DNA of 64,000 bases from an uncultured Pelagibacteraceae bacterium. Lineage in GTDB: Bacteria > Pseudomonadota > Alphaproteobacteria > Pelagibacterales > AG-422-B15. The notes under the pieces are model-generated. The model was not told the origin of the DNA. It made no database searches and was given only the letters and a program-made list of their open reading frames with translations. A program made the translations under genes and the position numbers. The stretch spans positions 9,609-73,608 of the forward strand of contig CACCND010000002.1 in assembly GCA_902547315.1 (NCBI GenBank), in the 5' to 3' direction. Positions 17,391 through 27,695 of the stretch are shown here, one piece after another; position 1 is the stretch's first letter; each line of letters starts with the position of its first letter.

Positions 17391-18506
17391 ATGAGTGAAA
17401 ATAAAATTGTTACTTTAGCAGAAGATGAACCATTAAATTTAGATGGTGGTGGTAGTTTATCTAAATTTAAAACTGCATATACCACATATGGCAAACTTAA
17501 CGATAAAAAAAATAATTCAATCTTAGTTTGTCATGCATTGACTGGTGATCAATATGTTGCAAGTGATCATCCCATTACAAAAAAAAATGGCTGGTGGTCC
17601 ATGGTTGTAGGGCCCAATAAACCAATTGATACGAACAAGTTCTTCGTCATTTGCCCGAATGTTATTGGTGGGTGCATGGGATCAACGGGTCCAAAAGAAA
17701 TAAATCCTGAAAACGGTAAAGAATTCGCGACTGATTTTCCTGTAATTACAATTGCAGATATGGTCAGAGCCCAAAAATTATTAATTGATTATTTGGGAAT
17801 TGAAAAAATATTCTGTGTTACTGGTGGATCGATGGGGGGCATGTTGGTACTCGAATGGCTTTCAAAGTTTCCTGAAATGGTACATTCAGCGGTTCCTATT
17901 GCAACTGCAACAAACCATTCGGCTCAAAATATTGCATTAAATGAACTTGCAAGACAGTCCATAATGGCTGATCCAAATTGGCAATCGGGGAATTACTATC
18001 ATTCTGATAAAAAACCCTTGAAAGGGCTTTCAGTAGCTAGAATGGCAGCACATATTTCATATCTATCTAAAGAAGCTCTACAAAGTAAGTTTGGAAGAAA
18101 TCTCCAAGATAAAAATAGCTTGGATTATTCTTTTGATGCCGATTTTCAAATTGAAAGTTACTTAAGACATCAAGGATTTACTTTTGTTGATCGCTTTGAT
18201 GCGAATAGCTATCTATATATCACTAGGGCAATGGATTATTTTGATGTTTCCTCAGCAAATAATGGCTCCTTAATAGAGGCCTTTAAAGAAACGCAATCTA
18301 AAATTCTTTGTGTGTCATTCACCAGTGATTGGCTATACCCAACATCTGAAAACAAAAAAATTGTAAAAGTTTTCAATTCTCTCGGGCTTAATGTCAGTTT
18401 TATTGAAATTGAAACTGAAAACGGTCATGATTCATTCCTATTGGATGAACCAAAGTTTTTTGAGGCAATAAAAGGATTCATTAATTCAACATTTGAAAAT
18501 TTATGA
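17391..18506 (+). CDS. metX: Homoserine O-acetyltransferase
   Basis: The 'GGSMGGM' nucleophile elbow, 'CHALTG' and overall MetX architecture are present. I moved the start to the ATG at 17391 (MSENKIV...), because the track ORF start lies inside the terminator. Confidence 0.9.
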   Translation: MSENKIVTLAEDEPLNLDGGGSLSKFKTAYTTYGKLNDKKNNSILVCHALTGDQYVASDHPITKKNGWWSMVVGPNKPIDTNKFFVICPNVIGGCMGSTGPKEINPENGKEFATDFPVITIADMVRAQKLLIDYLGIEKIFCVTGGSMGGMLVLEWLSKFPEMVHSAVPIATATNHSAQNIALNELARQSIMADPNWQSGNYYHSDKKPLKGLSVARMAAHISYLSKEALQSKFGRNLQDKNSLDYSFDADFQIESYLRHQGFTFVDRFDANSYLYITRAMDYFDVSSANNGSLIEAFKETQSKILCVSFTSDWLYPTSENKKIVKVFNSLGLNVSFIEIETENGHDSFLLDEPKFFEAIKGFINSTFENL

Positions 18507-19120
18507 GCTTAATAAATGAGAACAAAGATTTTGGGGTAATTGCTGAGCTAATTCCTAACAATGCTTCTGTTATTGATGTCGGGTGCAATGATGGGTCTTT
18601 GTTGGAGTATTTGAGAGAGTATAAAAATATTGATGGTCGCGGGATGGAAATCGATCAAAAAAAGGTTCAGCTTTGTTTAGCCAAAGGCATTTCAGTAATT
18701 GAAGGAGATGCAGATACTGATTTGTATGATTATCCAGATAAGTTATTTGATTATTCAATACTTACTTATACTTTACAAGCTACAAAAAGTCCTAAAACAG
18801 TAATGCAGCAATTGGTGAGAATTTCTAAAAAAGCAATTATATCCTTTCCAAATTTTGGCCACTGGAAAATTGGCACTAGTTTATTGTTGAATAAAAAAAT
18901 GCCAGTAAGCAAGAAACTAAGTTATTCATGGCATGAAACTCCAAATCTACATTTTTGTACGATCAATGATTTTATTGATTTATGTGAGGAGTTAGAAATT
19001 AAAATTGAGAAGAAAGGGGATCTTTCTAATAAAAAACTTTCCAATTTTAGTGGAAAAAATTTTCTTGATAGCTACTTTAATGAAGTCGGACTTTTTTTAG
19101 TTTCAAAGGATCAAATATGA
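18503..19120 (+). CDS. metW: Methionine biosynthesis protein MetW
   Basis: 205 aa methyltransferase-like protein ('VIDVGCNDGSLLEYL'). It has a 4-nt overlap with metX, the canonical metXW pair. Confidence 0.85.
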   Translation: MSLINENKDFGVIAELIPNNASVIDVGCNDGSLLEYLREYKNIDGRGMEIDQKKVQLCLAKGISVIEGDADTDLYDYPDKLFDYSILTYTLQATKSPKTVMQQLVRISKKAIISFPNFGHWKIGTSLLLNKKMPVSKKLSYSWHETPNLHFCTINDFIDLCEELEIKIEKKGDLSNKKLSNFSGKNFLDSYFNEVGLFLVSKDQI

Positions 19121-19875
19121 CTGAAATACTAATTGTTAAATGCTTAAGCGATAATTATGCTTATATATACTCAAATAAAATTGGGGATGCATTTGTTGTT
19201 GATCCTTCTGAAGCAGATCCTGTAATTGATGTTCTAAATAAACACAAACTAAATTTAAAATTCATACTAAATACTCATCATCATTTTGATCATGTAGGAG
19301 GAAATTTTGAGCTTAAAGAAAAGTATGGATGCAAAATAGTTGGGAGCAAAAAAGATTTTGAGAGAATACCAGGAATTGATATACAAGTTTCAGAGGGTGA
19401 TATTTGGAATTTTGATGAACACGATGCTCAGATAATTGAAATACCTGGGCATACTACGGGCCACATCGCTTTTTATTTTGAATCCCTAAAACTTGTTTTT
19501 ACAGGTGACACACTATTTTCACTTGGATGCGGTAGACTTTTTGAAGGTTCGCCAGAAATGATGTGGAAATCTCTTACAAAATTAAGGGAACTACCTGATG
19601 AAACAAAAATTTACTGTGGCCATGAATACACTTTAAGTAATGGAAATTTTATAAGCTCTATTTACCCGTCGGATGAAATAGAGTCAAAAATAGACCGTCT
19701 GAAAAGACTAGATAAACAAAACATACCATCTATTCCATCAACAATTGGGGATGAAAAGAGATTAAATATTTTCTTGAAAGCAGACGATGAAAATTTGATC
19801 AACTCACTGGGGCTTACGGGTAAAAGTCCAGAAGAAGTATTCGGTCATATAAGAAATCTCAAAGATTCCTTTTAA
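19117..19875 (+). CDS. gloB: Hydroxyacylglutathione hydrolase (glyoxalase II)
   Basis: It has the metallo-beta-lactamase motif 'THHHFDHVGG', 'GHTTGHI' and 'CGHEYT'. Confidence 0.85.
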   Translation: MTEILIVKCLSDNYAYIYSNKIGDAFVVDPSEADPVIDVLNKHKLNLKFILNTHHHFDHVGGNFELKEKYGCKIVGSKKDFERIPGIDIQVSEGDIWNFDEHDAQIIEIPGHTTGHIAFYFESLKLVFTGDTLFSLGCGRLFEGSPEMMWKSLTKLRELPDETKIYCGHEYTLSNGNFISSIYPSDEIESKIDRLKRLDKQNIPSIPSTIGDEKRLNIFLKADDENLINSLGLTGKSPEEVFGHIRNLKDSF

Positions 19876-20594
19876 GTAAAATATTGTCCACCGTTTGCAG
19901 ATATCGTAGAACCTGTTATAAAGCCGGCTTCATCACTAGCAAGGAATGTAACTATTCGTGAAACCTCATCAACTGTTCCAAGCCTTCCTACAGGAATTTT
20001 TCCAATTAAACTTTTCATAAAATCCTCGGAGGCATCCGCTAGAATTTCAGTATCGATATAACCAGGTGCAATAGCGTTAACTGTAATATTCTTTCTAGCA
20101 GTTTCTTGCGCTAAGGCTTTGGTAAAACCTAGTAAACCAGCTTTTGCCGCACTGTAATTTATTAGACCCATCTCACCTTTTTGACCGTTAATAGAAGAAA
20201 TGCTAATTATTCTTCCAAAAGATTTTTCTCGCATGCCTTCAAGTACACATCTTGTCATATAAAAAACTGAGTCTAGGTCAGTTCTTATTACATCATCCCA
20301 TTGTTCAACTGACATTTTATGAGCCATTGAAGCTTTGGAAATACCGGCATTATTCACTAAGATGTCAACAGTACCCAGCTTGTCAGCAACTTGCTTTACG
20401 CCCGCTTCACATGCAGTTGCATCAGCAACATTCCATTGAAATACCTCAATACCATTTTCGGATGAAAACTTATTAGCCGCATCTGAATTAGAACTATAAG
20501 TTGCAGCAACATTGCACCCCTCTTTTTTCAAAGCAAGAGATATTGCAGAACCTATTCCTCTTGTTCCACCAGTTACTAACGCTACTTTAGACAT
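19872..20594 (-). CDS. phaB: Acetoacetyl-CoA reductase (SDR)
   Basis: 240 aa with 'VALVTGGTRGIG', 'NNAG' and 'YSAAKAG'. It lies immediately downstream of the thiolase. Confidence 0.85.
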   Translation of the reverse strand: MSKVALVTGGTRGIGSAISLALKKEGCNVAATYSSNSDAANKFSSENGIEVFQWNVADATACEAGVKQVADKLGTVDILVNNAGISKASMAHKMSVEQWDDVIRTDLDSVFYMTRCVLEGMREKSFGRIISISSINGQKGEMGLINYSAAKAGLLGFTKALAQETARKNITVNAIAPGYIDTEILADASEDFMKSLIGKIPVGRLGTVDEVSRIVTFLASDEAGFITGSTISANGGQYFT

Positions 20595-20603
20595 AATTTT
20601 CTC

Positions 20604-21776
20604 CTATCGTTCGACGCACAAAGCGACACCCATGCCTCCACCAATGCATAATGTGGCAAGTCCTTTTTTAGCGTCCTGTCTTTTCATTTGATTTAACAAT
20701 GTTACAAGAATTCTAGCTCCCGACGCGCCAATTGGATGCCCAATAGCAATCGCTCCCCCGTTAACATTAACTTTTGAAACATCCCATCCCATTTCTTTAT
20801 TTACTGCACAAGATTGAGCGGCAAATGCTTCATTTGATTCAATTAAATCTAAATCAGAAACATCCCACCCTGCTTTATCGAGAGCTTTTCTGCTTGCAGG
20901 TATAGGTCCTGTACCCATCACAGATGGATCAACCCCAGCACTTGACCAGGATACAATTCTTGCCATAGGCTCTAAGTTTCTTTTTTTCATTCCATCCAAG
21001 GACATTACTGCTAAAGCAGCTGCGCCATCGTTTATACCACTTGCATTTGCTGCTGTAACTGTTCCCTCTTTAGCAAATGCAGGTCTTAAAGATGAGATTT
21101 TTTCTAATTGAACATTGTCTTTAATATATTCATCACTATCAAAAACTACTGTCTCTTTTCTTGAAGGGACTTCAACTGGAACAATTTCGTCCTTAAATAC
21201 TCCATCTGCTTTAGCCTTACTTGCTTTCTGTTGTGAGTTAAAAGCAAATTCATCTTGTTGATCTCTAGTAATTTGCCATTGTTGTGCAACATTTTCAGCA
21301 GTTGTTCCCATGTGATATCCATTAAAAGCATCCCACAAACCATCTTTGATCATTGAGTCAATCATCTTATCATCACCCATTTTGGTACCATTTCTTAGGT
21401 GCATACAGTGCGGGGATTGACTCATACTTTCTTGTCCACCAGCAATAATAATATTTGCATCGCCATTCATTATAGATTGGTAGGCCAAAGCAACACTTCG
21501 TAAGCCAGATCCACAAACTTGATTCACTAGCCATGCTGGGGTTTCTTTATTTAAACCAGCATTTATTGATGCTTGTCTAGCAGGGTTCTGACCGGTGGCT
21601 GCAGTAAGTACTTGTCCAAGTATCACCTCATCTACATCACCAACTTCAATGTCTGATCTATTAAGCGTTTCTTTTATAACTATTGTGCCTAAATCGTGTG
21701 CTGGCATACCCGATAAAGATCCATTAAAAGAACCAACGGCTGTTCTAACGGCAGATGTAATAAATACTTCATTCAT
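20604..21776 (-). CDS. phaA: Acetyl-CoA C-acetyltransferase (thiolase II)
   Basis: 390 aa with the active-site Cys region 'NQVCGSGLRS' and the C-terminal 'NVNGGAIAIGHPIGASG' and 'CIGGGMG'. Confidence 0.9.
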   Translation of the reverse strand: MNEVFITSAVRTAVGSFNGSLSGMPAHDLGTIVIKETLNRSDIEVGDVDEVILGQVLTAATGQNPARQASINAGLNKETPAWLVNQVCGSGLRSVALAYQSIMNGDANIIIAGGQESMSQSPHCMHLRNGTKMGDDKMIDSMIKDGLWDAFNGYHMGTTAENVAQQWQITRDQQDEFAFNSQQKASKAKADGVFKDEIVPVEVPSRKETVVFDSDEYIKDNVQLEKISSLRPAFAKEGTVTAANASGINDGAAALAVMSLDGMKKRNLEPMARIVSWSSAGVDPSVMGTGPIPASRKALDKAGWDVSDLDLIESNEAFAAQSCAVNKEMGWDVSKVNVNGGAIAIGHPIGASGARILVTLLNQMKRQDAKKGLATLCIGGGMGVALCVER

Positions 21777-21788
21777 AACTTTTCCTTT

Positions 21789-22508
21789 TTATTCCCCAAT
21801 TATTGGCAATTTTTGCGCTCTGGAGGCATCAAGATAACTTGCGGAGTGAATTTTGCAACTATTATTTAGGCTGATAACGAGAGGATTTGCAGTTGGTATT
21901 TCTAAACTTGTTATGTCTTCATCAGACACATCAAACAAGTACTTACATAGAGCTCTTAAGCTGTTTCCATGTGCTGAAATAATAGTGGTATTTTTTAGTA
22001 CTAAAGGTTCTATAGAATTTTCCCAGTAAGGAATTACTCTTGCATACGTATCTTCTAAACATTCCGTTAGGGGTAAATTATTTATTCCTTTATATAAATC
22101 GTCTTTGTTAGGATTCATTTCACTATCAATTGGTAGCGCAGGTGGTGGCGTACTATAGCCTCTCCTCCATTTTAAAAACTGATCTTCACCATATTTTTTT
22201 TTAACTTCATCTTTGTTTAATCCTTGCAGTGCTCCATAGTGTCTTTCATTTAATTCCCAAGCAGTTTCTGTATGAAGATTATATACATTTAATTCCTCAA
22301 GAATTATTTGAAGCGTATTTTGTGCCCTTTTTAGAAATGATGTAAATGCAAATGTAGGAACTATTTCAGCTTCTTTGAGTAACAATGCTGACTTTAATGC
22401 CTCCTTTTTTCCTAAATCGTCTAATTCTACATCAACCCATCCAGTAAAAATATTTTTTACGTTCCAAACACTTTTACCGTGTCTGATTAATATCAGTGTA
22501 TTAGACAT
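21789..22508 (-). CDS. gpmA: 2,3-bisphosphoglycerate-dependent phosphoglycerate mutase
   Basis: 'LIRHGKSVWN' and 'ERHYGALQG' are present. The ATG directly follows the serA TAA. Confidence 0.9.
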   Translation of the reverse strand: MSNTLILIRHGKSVWNVKNIFTGWVDVELDDLGKKEALKSALLLKEAEIVPTFAFTSFLKRAQNTLQIILEELNVYNLHTETAWELNERHYGALQGLNKDEVKKKYGEDQFLKWRRGYSTPPPALPIDSEMNPNKDDLYKGINNLPLTECLEDTYARVIPYWENSIEPLVLKNTTIISAHGNSLRALCKYLFDVSDEDITSLEIPTANPLVISLNNSCKIHSASYLDASRAQKLPIIGE

Positions 22509-23450
22509 TTATTTGTTTACTTGATTAACTGTATTATTATTTAAAAGATAATCGACCATTTGCTCTGCGATTTGTACAGCAACTTTTTCTTGCGCCTCTG
22601 CAGTACTAGCGCCGATGTGAGGCGTCATTACAACTTTTTTCATACCAGAGAATATACTATCAGTTTGTGGCTCTTCCTCGTAAACATCACAGCCGTATCC
22701 TCCTAAACTATTTTTATCAATTGCATTCTTAACATCATTTTCATTTACAATTCCACCTCTCGCACAATTAACAATAATTGCTGTTTTTTTAATTTTTTTT
22801 AGAGTGTCTTTATTAATCATATATTTTGATTTGTCTGATAGTTTATTATGAAAAGTTATAATATCTGAGTGTAACAAAATTTCTTCAAAAGATACTTTTT
22901 CAACTTTATATTTTTTTTCTTCTGTATCACTTAATGAAGCACTATGAACAAGGACATTCATTCCATATGCGTGTGATATTTCAGAAATTTTTTTTCCTAT
23001 ATTCCCATATCCTACGATGCCAATAGTTTTGCCTAACATTTCTGATCCAATAAAATTCTTTTTCTCCCATTTTTTACTGTGCATTGACTCATTTGCCTCT
23101 GTAATTTTTCTCATTAATGCATGTATAATAGAAAACGTAAGTTCAGCAGTTGCTTGAACATTTCCAAGAGGAGTGTTCATGACTACGATGTTATTTTTGG
23201 TAGCTGAGTCGAGGTCAACATTGTCAACCCCTACGCCAGGCCTGCCAATAACCTTCAGATTTTTAGCACTGCTTATTATTTTATCAGTTACGGTGACTGC
23301 TGATCTAATTACTAACCCGGCATACTCTACGATTTCTCTAGAAAGCTCGTCTTCACTAAGTCCAGTTTTCTGAACATATTCAATGTTATTATCGTCAAAT
23401 ACTTTAAAAACAGCTTCAGAAACATTATCAGCAATTAGTACTTTATTCAC
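22509..23450 (-). CDS. serA: D-3-phosphoglycerate dehydrogenase, short form (no ACT domain)
   Basis: 313 aa D-2-hydroxyacid dehydrogenase ('GIVGYGNIGKK', 'CARGGIVNE', 'TPHIGAST'). It has a GTG start overlapping the serC stop (GTGA). The protein ends right after the catalytic domains. Confidence 0.8.
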   Translation of the reverse strand: MNKVLIADNVSEAVFKVFDDNNIEYVQKTGLSEDELSREIVEYAGLVIRSAVTVTDKIISSAKNLKVIGRPGVGVDNVDLDSATKNNIVVMNTPLGNVQATAELTFSIIHALMRKITEANESMHSKKWEKKNFIGSEMLGKTIGIVGYGNIGKKISEISHAYGMNVLVHSASLSDTEEKKYKVEKVSFEEILLHSDIITFHNKLSDKSKYMINKDTLKKIKKTAIIVNCARGGIVNENDVKNAIDKNSLGGYGCDVYEEEPQTDSIFSGMKKVVMTPHIGASTAEAQEKVAVQIAEQMVDYLLNNNTVNQVNK

Positions 23451-24607
23451 TTTTTAAAGGCTTCTTTAGTTGTTAAGTAAGCCCAATCAATCCAAGGTAG
23501 AACAAGCTCAACATTTTTATTTTCAACTGTTGAGCCACCCCATATTCTAATTCCCGGTGGTGCCGTTTTATAGGAGTTTAGATCATATCCTGCTTCATTG
23601 CTTTCAAGCAATGAACAAACTTCCTTCATAAAATTTACTTTGTCTTCGTCATTAAGAGATTTAAACCACTCATCCTTTGGAAGTATACAAATTGAAGTAC
23701 AAGATCTGGTCTCTGGATCTTTAGCAAGAAATTCGAAATTATCATGCTTATCAATCCAATTATTAACTAATTTTAAATTTGTTTCAGATATATCAATTAA
23801 TTTATTTAAACCACCTGACTCTATGCCCCAGTTAAGAGAATTTAATACATCTTCCACACTGATCATAGATGGGGTATTTATTGTTACTCCAGAAAATATT
23901 CCTGAAATTAATTTTTGGTTATTTGCTAGGCGAAAAATTTTTGGGATGGGCCATGGTGGGGTGAAAGTTTCAAGCCTTTCAACTGCTCGAGGCGATAAAA
24001 TCAACATACCATGGGCAGCTTCGCTTCCTAAAACTTTTTGCCATGAGTAAGTAACCACATCTAATTTATGCCAATCCATGTGCATTGAAAATACTGCAGA
24101 TGTGGCATCACATATTGTTAATCCTTTTCTTTGATCACTTATCCAATCAGTATTTTTTATTCTTACTCCTGCGGTAGTACCATTCCATGTAAAAACAATG
24201 TCGTTGTCAGGATTGCTATCAGAAAAATCAGGAAGTTCCCCATATTCGGCTTTAATTAACTTTTTATCTTTTAGAGGCAGCTGTTCTCCTGCGTCTATAT
24301 TCCAGTCATGACCAAAATTTTCCCATGAATAAACTTCAACTCCTCTTTGACCAAGCATACACCACATAGCCATTTCAACAGCGCCAGTATCAGATGCAGG
24401 AACAATACCAATTAAGTAGTCATCAGGGATTTCCAACAGTTGTCTTGATTTATCAATTACCTCTTGAAGTTTTTTAACAGCTGCTCCAGATCTGTGAGAC
24501 CTTGAAAGAGCTGCATTTTTTAAATTATCAAACGACCATCCTGGAGGTTTGGCGCAGGGACCAGATGAAAAATAAGGATAATGAGGCTTCTGAGCAGGCT
24601 TTTCCAT
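23447..24607 (-). CDS. serC: Phosphoserine aminotransferase
   Basis: 'PYFSSGPCAKPPGW' is the N-terminus typical of the alphaproteobacterial SerC type. I trimmed the start to the ATG at 24607, because the longer track ORF would overlap the upstream gene. Confidence 0.85.
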   Translation of the reverse strand: MEKPAQKPHYPYFSSGPCAKPPGWSFDNLKNAALSRSHRSGAAVKKLQEVIDKSRQLLEIPDDYLIGIVPASDTGAVEMAMWCMLGQRGVEVYSWENFGHDWNIDAGEQLPLKDKKLIKAEYGELPDFSDSNPDNDIVFTWNGTTAGVRIKNTDWISDQRKGLTICDATSAVFSMHMDWHKLDVVTYSWQKVLGSEAAHGMLILSPRAVERLETFTPPWPIPKIFRLANNQKLISGIFSGVTINTPSMISVEDVLNSLNWGIESGGLNKLIDISETNLKLVNNWIDKHDNFEFLAKDPETRSCTSICILPKDEWFKSLNDEDKVNFMKEVCSLLESNEAGYDLNSYKTAPPGIRIWGGSTVENKNVELVLPWIDWAYLTTKEAFKK

Positions 24608-24611
24608 TAAA

Positions 24612-25826
24612 TTAAATATCCATAAGCAAATTAACCAAGCCATCAGCTGGCTTCGGATCAAAGTAAGTTGACTTTTTAGGGACAATCTTACCTTTGTCTG
24701 CGATGGACATTATCTTTTTCATCGGTAAAGGGCAAATAAAAAATCCTATATCTGCCACACCTTTATCCACTTCATTCGCTAACTTTTTATGATCAAATTT
24801 GCCAGGAATATTCGACAAATTTACTAAAGAACAATTACATTGTTTTTTAATGATACTATTTATCATTATTTTCTCAACTATGTCAGTGTCAGTTTCATAT
24901 TTAGTATAGAGTTTTTTGTTTGATGTGAGTGAAACGTTGTACCAAGTTTTATTTAAATATACCATCACGCTGCCTGGGTCACACGGATTTTTAAATTTTA
25001 ATTTTTTTTCTAGCTTAAACTTTTTCTGTAAGGCCTGAATTATTTTTTGTTGGTTAAAATTTTTAAATTTAGCTAGTCGATGAAAGCTCAATATATTGAC
25101 AGAATGCTCATCAAATATTGCCGCAAGAAGGTTTATTTTTTCTTTTTTATTTTTATTAAGATTTTTCTTTTTATTTAAATTTTCAATGGCGGAGTACCTG
25201 TGATGCCCATCAGCAATATAAAATTTTTGAATTTTTGATAATTTCTTTCTCAAAGATTGAATTTCATTTTTTTCACTTACTTTCCAAAGAGATCTAGTTG
25301 TACCGCCTGGCGACTTAAATTTATAAAGAGGTTTTTTTCTTTCGTATTTTTTAAAATCAATGGGTCTACTATTTTGATTTTTATAGGATAAATAAACTGG
25401 ACCTATTTGCATTTTTGTATGTTCAATTGTTTCCATAATAGAATTCGATCGTGCTTTGAATATTGCTTCATGTTTCAGGATTTTGTTATTCCCTTCCTCG
25501 AACTCTATTGATGCAACTATACCAAACTGCTTCTTATTATATTTATCTAAACAATATACATAAAAACATTCTTCCTTCTCCTGAAAAATAATATTATTCT
25601 TTATCATAGACTCTAAGTGCTCGTATGCGTGCTTTTTAGAATTTTTTTTGGTAATGTTAGGGTAAAATGCTTTTGGGCTTACTACATTTAAGAAATTATA
25701 TTCTGACTCTTTTAAAATTTTATTTAGCTGTTTGTTCGTTAAATTATCAAAAGTTGGCAATACCACTTCCTCTACTCTTTTCTGTAAAGGCCTAAAGGCT
25801 TTGAATGGTTTTATTGATAAGGTCAT
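24612..25826 (-). CDS. DUF1015 family protein (unknown function)
   Basis: 404 aa. 'IKPFKAFRP', 'LKHEAIF' and 'YIADGHHRY' match DUF1015 hallmarks. It is the first gene of the serC-serA-gpmA string, 4 nt from serC. Confidence 0.8.
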   Translation of the reverse strand: MTLSIKPFKAFRPLQKRVEEVVLPTFDNLTNKQLNKILKESEYNFLNVVSPKAFYPNITKKNSKKHAYEHLESMIKNNIIFQEKEECFYVYCLDKYNKKQFGIVASIEFEEGNNKILKHEAIFKARSNSIMETIEHTKMQIGPVYLSYKNQNSRPIDFKKYERKKPLYKFKSPGGTTRSLWKVSEKNEIQSLRKKLSKIQKFYIADGHHRYSAIENLNKKKNLNKNKKEKINLLAAIFDEHSVNILSFHRLAKFKNFNQQKIIQALQKKFKLEKKLKFKNPCDPGSVMVYLNKTWYNVSLTSNKKLYTKYETDTDIVEKIMINSIIKKQCNCSLVNLSNIPGKFDHKKLANEVDKGVADIGFFICPLPMKKIMSIADKGKIVPKKSTYFDPKPADGLVNLLMDI

Positions 25827-25928
25827 ATTTGTTTATTTGATAAAACGTTGATTAAGTAAGGTATTTACAAGTATATTTTATGCATAAATCTCCCAGATTT
25901 TAAGTTTTTTTATCTGAAATTATGGCTA

Positions 25929-25956
25929 TTGACATAAGAAAAGTGACGTTTATATT
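25929..25956 (+). promoter_or_regulatory. Sigma-70-like promoter upstream of rplU
   Basis: TTGACA sits at 25929-25934 and TATATT at 25951-25956, with a 16-nt spacer. It lies about 36 nt upstream of the rplU ATG. Confidence 0.4.
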
Positions 25957-25991
25957 CAGGCCACTTTTAATATCAAATAGTAATTTCTATT

Positions 25992-26426
25992 ATGTTTGCG
26001 ATTATTTCAACTGGCGGAAAGCAGTATAAAGTTAGCGAAAACACTATGTTGAGTGTGAGCAAAATTGATGGCAAAGATGGTGATAAGATCACTATCGATG
26101 ATGTCCTTTTCGCTTGTGATAAAGAACAATTTGCTGTGGGGTCTCCACAAATCAGTGGCGCGAAAGTTAATGCTGAAATTGTTAAACAAGACAGAGATAG
26201 AAAAATCTTAGTGTTTAAGAAGAAAAGAAGAAAAAACTATCGAAGGCTTAATGGTCACAGACAGGATATAACTTTTTTAAAAATTAATTCACTTGATATA
26301 CCTGGATTAACTTCAAAAAAAGCTGTAAAGAAAGCAAGTGATACCAAGTTAGAAACTGAAAAGAAAACAGTTACAAAAAAGAAAACTACAGTTAAAAAGA
26401 AAACTGTGAAAAAAAAGGATAGCTAA
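25992..26426 (+). CDS. rplU: 50S ribosomal protein L21 with Lys-rich C-terminal extension
   Basis: '[14 protein letters not shown]' is the canonical L21 start. The core is about 100 aa, followed by a tail of about 40 aa of the '[19 protein letters not shown]' type. Confidence 0.9.
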   Translation: MFAIISTGGKQYKVSENTMLSVSKIDGKDGDKITIDDVLFACDKEQFAVGSPQISGAKVNAEIVKQDRDRKILVFKKKRRKNYRRLNGHRQDITFLKINSLDIPGLTSKKAVKKASDTKLETEKKTVTKKKTTVKKKTVKKKDS

Positions 26427-26428
26427 TA

Positions 26429-26686
26429 ATGGCAACTAAAAAAGCCGGCGGCTCATCGAGAAACGGAAGAGATTCAGCTGGAAGAAGGTTAGGTATAAAA
26501 AAATACAGTGGTCAAACTGTAATACCTGGTAACATTATAGCCAGACAAAGGGGTACTAAATGGCACCCAGGTGATAATGTAGGCCTTGGAAAAGATCATA
26601 CAATTTTTTCACTTGTTGATGGCTTTGTAAAGTTTGGTAAGAAAAAAAATGGAAAAACATTTATTTCTGTTGTTCCGAAACAGTAA
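26429..26686 (+). CDS. rpmA: 50S ribosomal protein L27
   Basis: '[24 protein letters not shown]' is the canonical L27 N-terminus. Confidence 0.95.
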   Translation: MATKKAGGSSRNGRDSAGRRLGIKKYSGQTVIPGNIIARQRGTKWHPGDNVGLGKDHTIFSLVDGFVKFGKKKNGKTFISVVPKQ

Positions 26687-26705
26687 ATCTAAATCTTTTT
26701 TCTAA

Positions 26706-27695
<990 letters not shown>

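Noticed and set aside
23598-24050. A 150-aa plus-strand ORF. Similar antisense ORFs occur at 36722-37132, 45730-46095, 52943-53293, 53324-53626, 59922-60326, 63399-63797 and 26903-27265.
   Set aside because: Each lies completely inside, and antisense to, a gene with strong family motifs (serC, atpA, sucB, mmsA, the fusion gene, leuC, obg). None has a motif or an independent start context.
24608-24685. The extended N-terminus of serC, overlapping the DUF1015 gene.
   Set aside because: The Met at 24607 immediately precedes the conserved 'EKPAQKPHYPYFSSGPCAK' N-terminus. It also removes a 74-nt overlap with the upstream gene.
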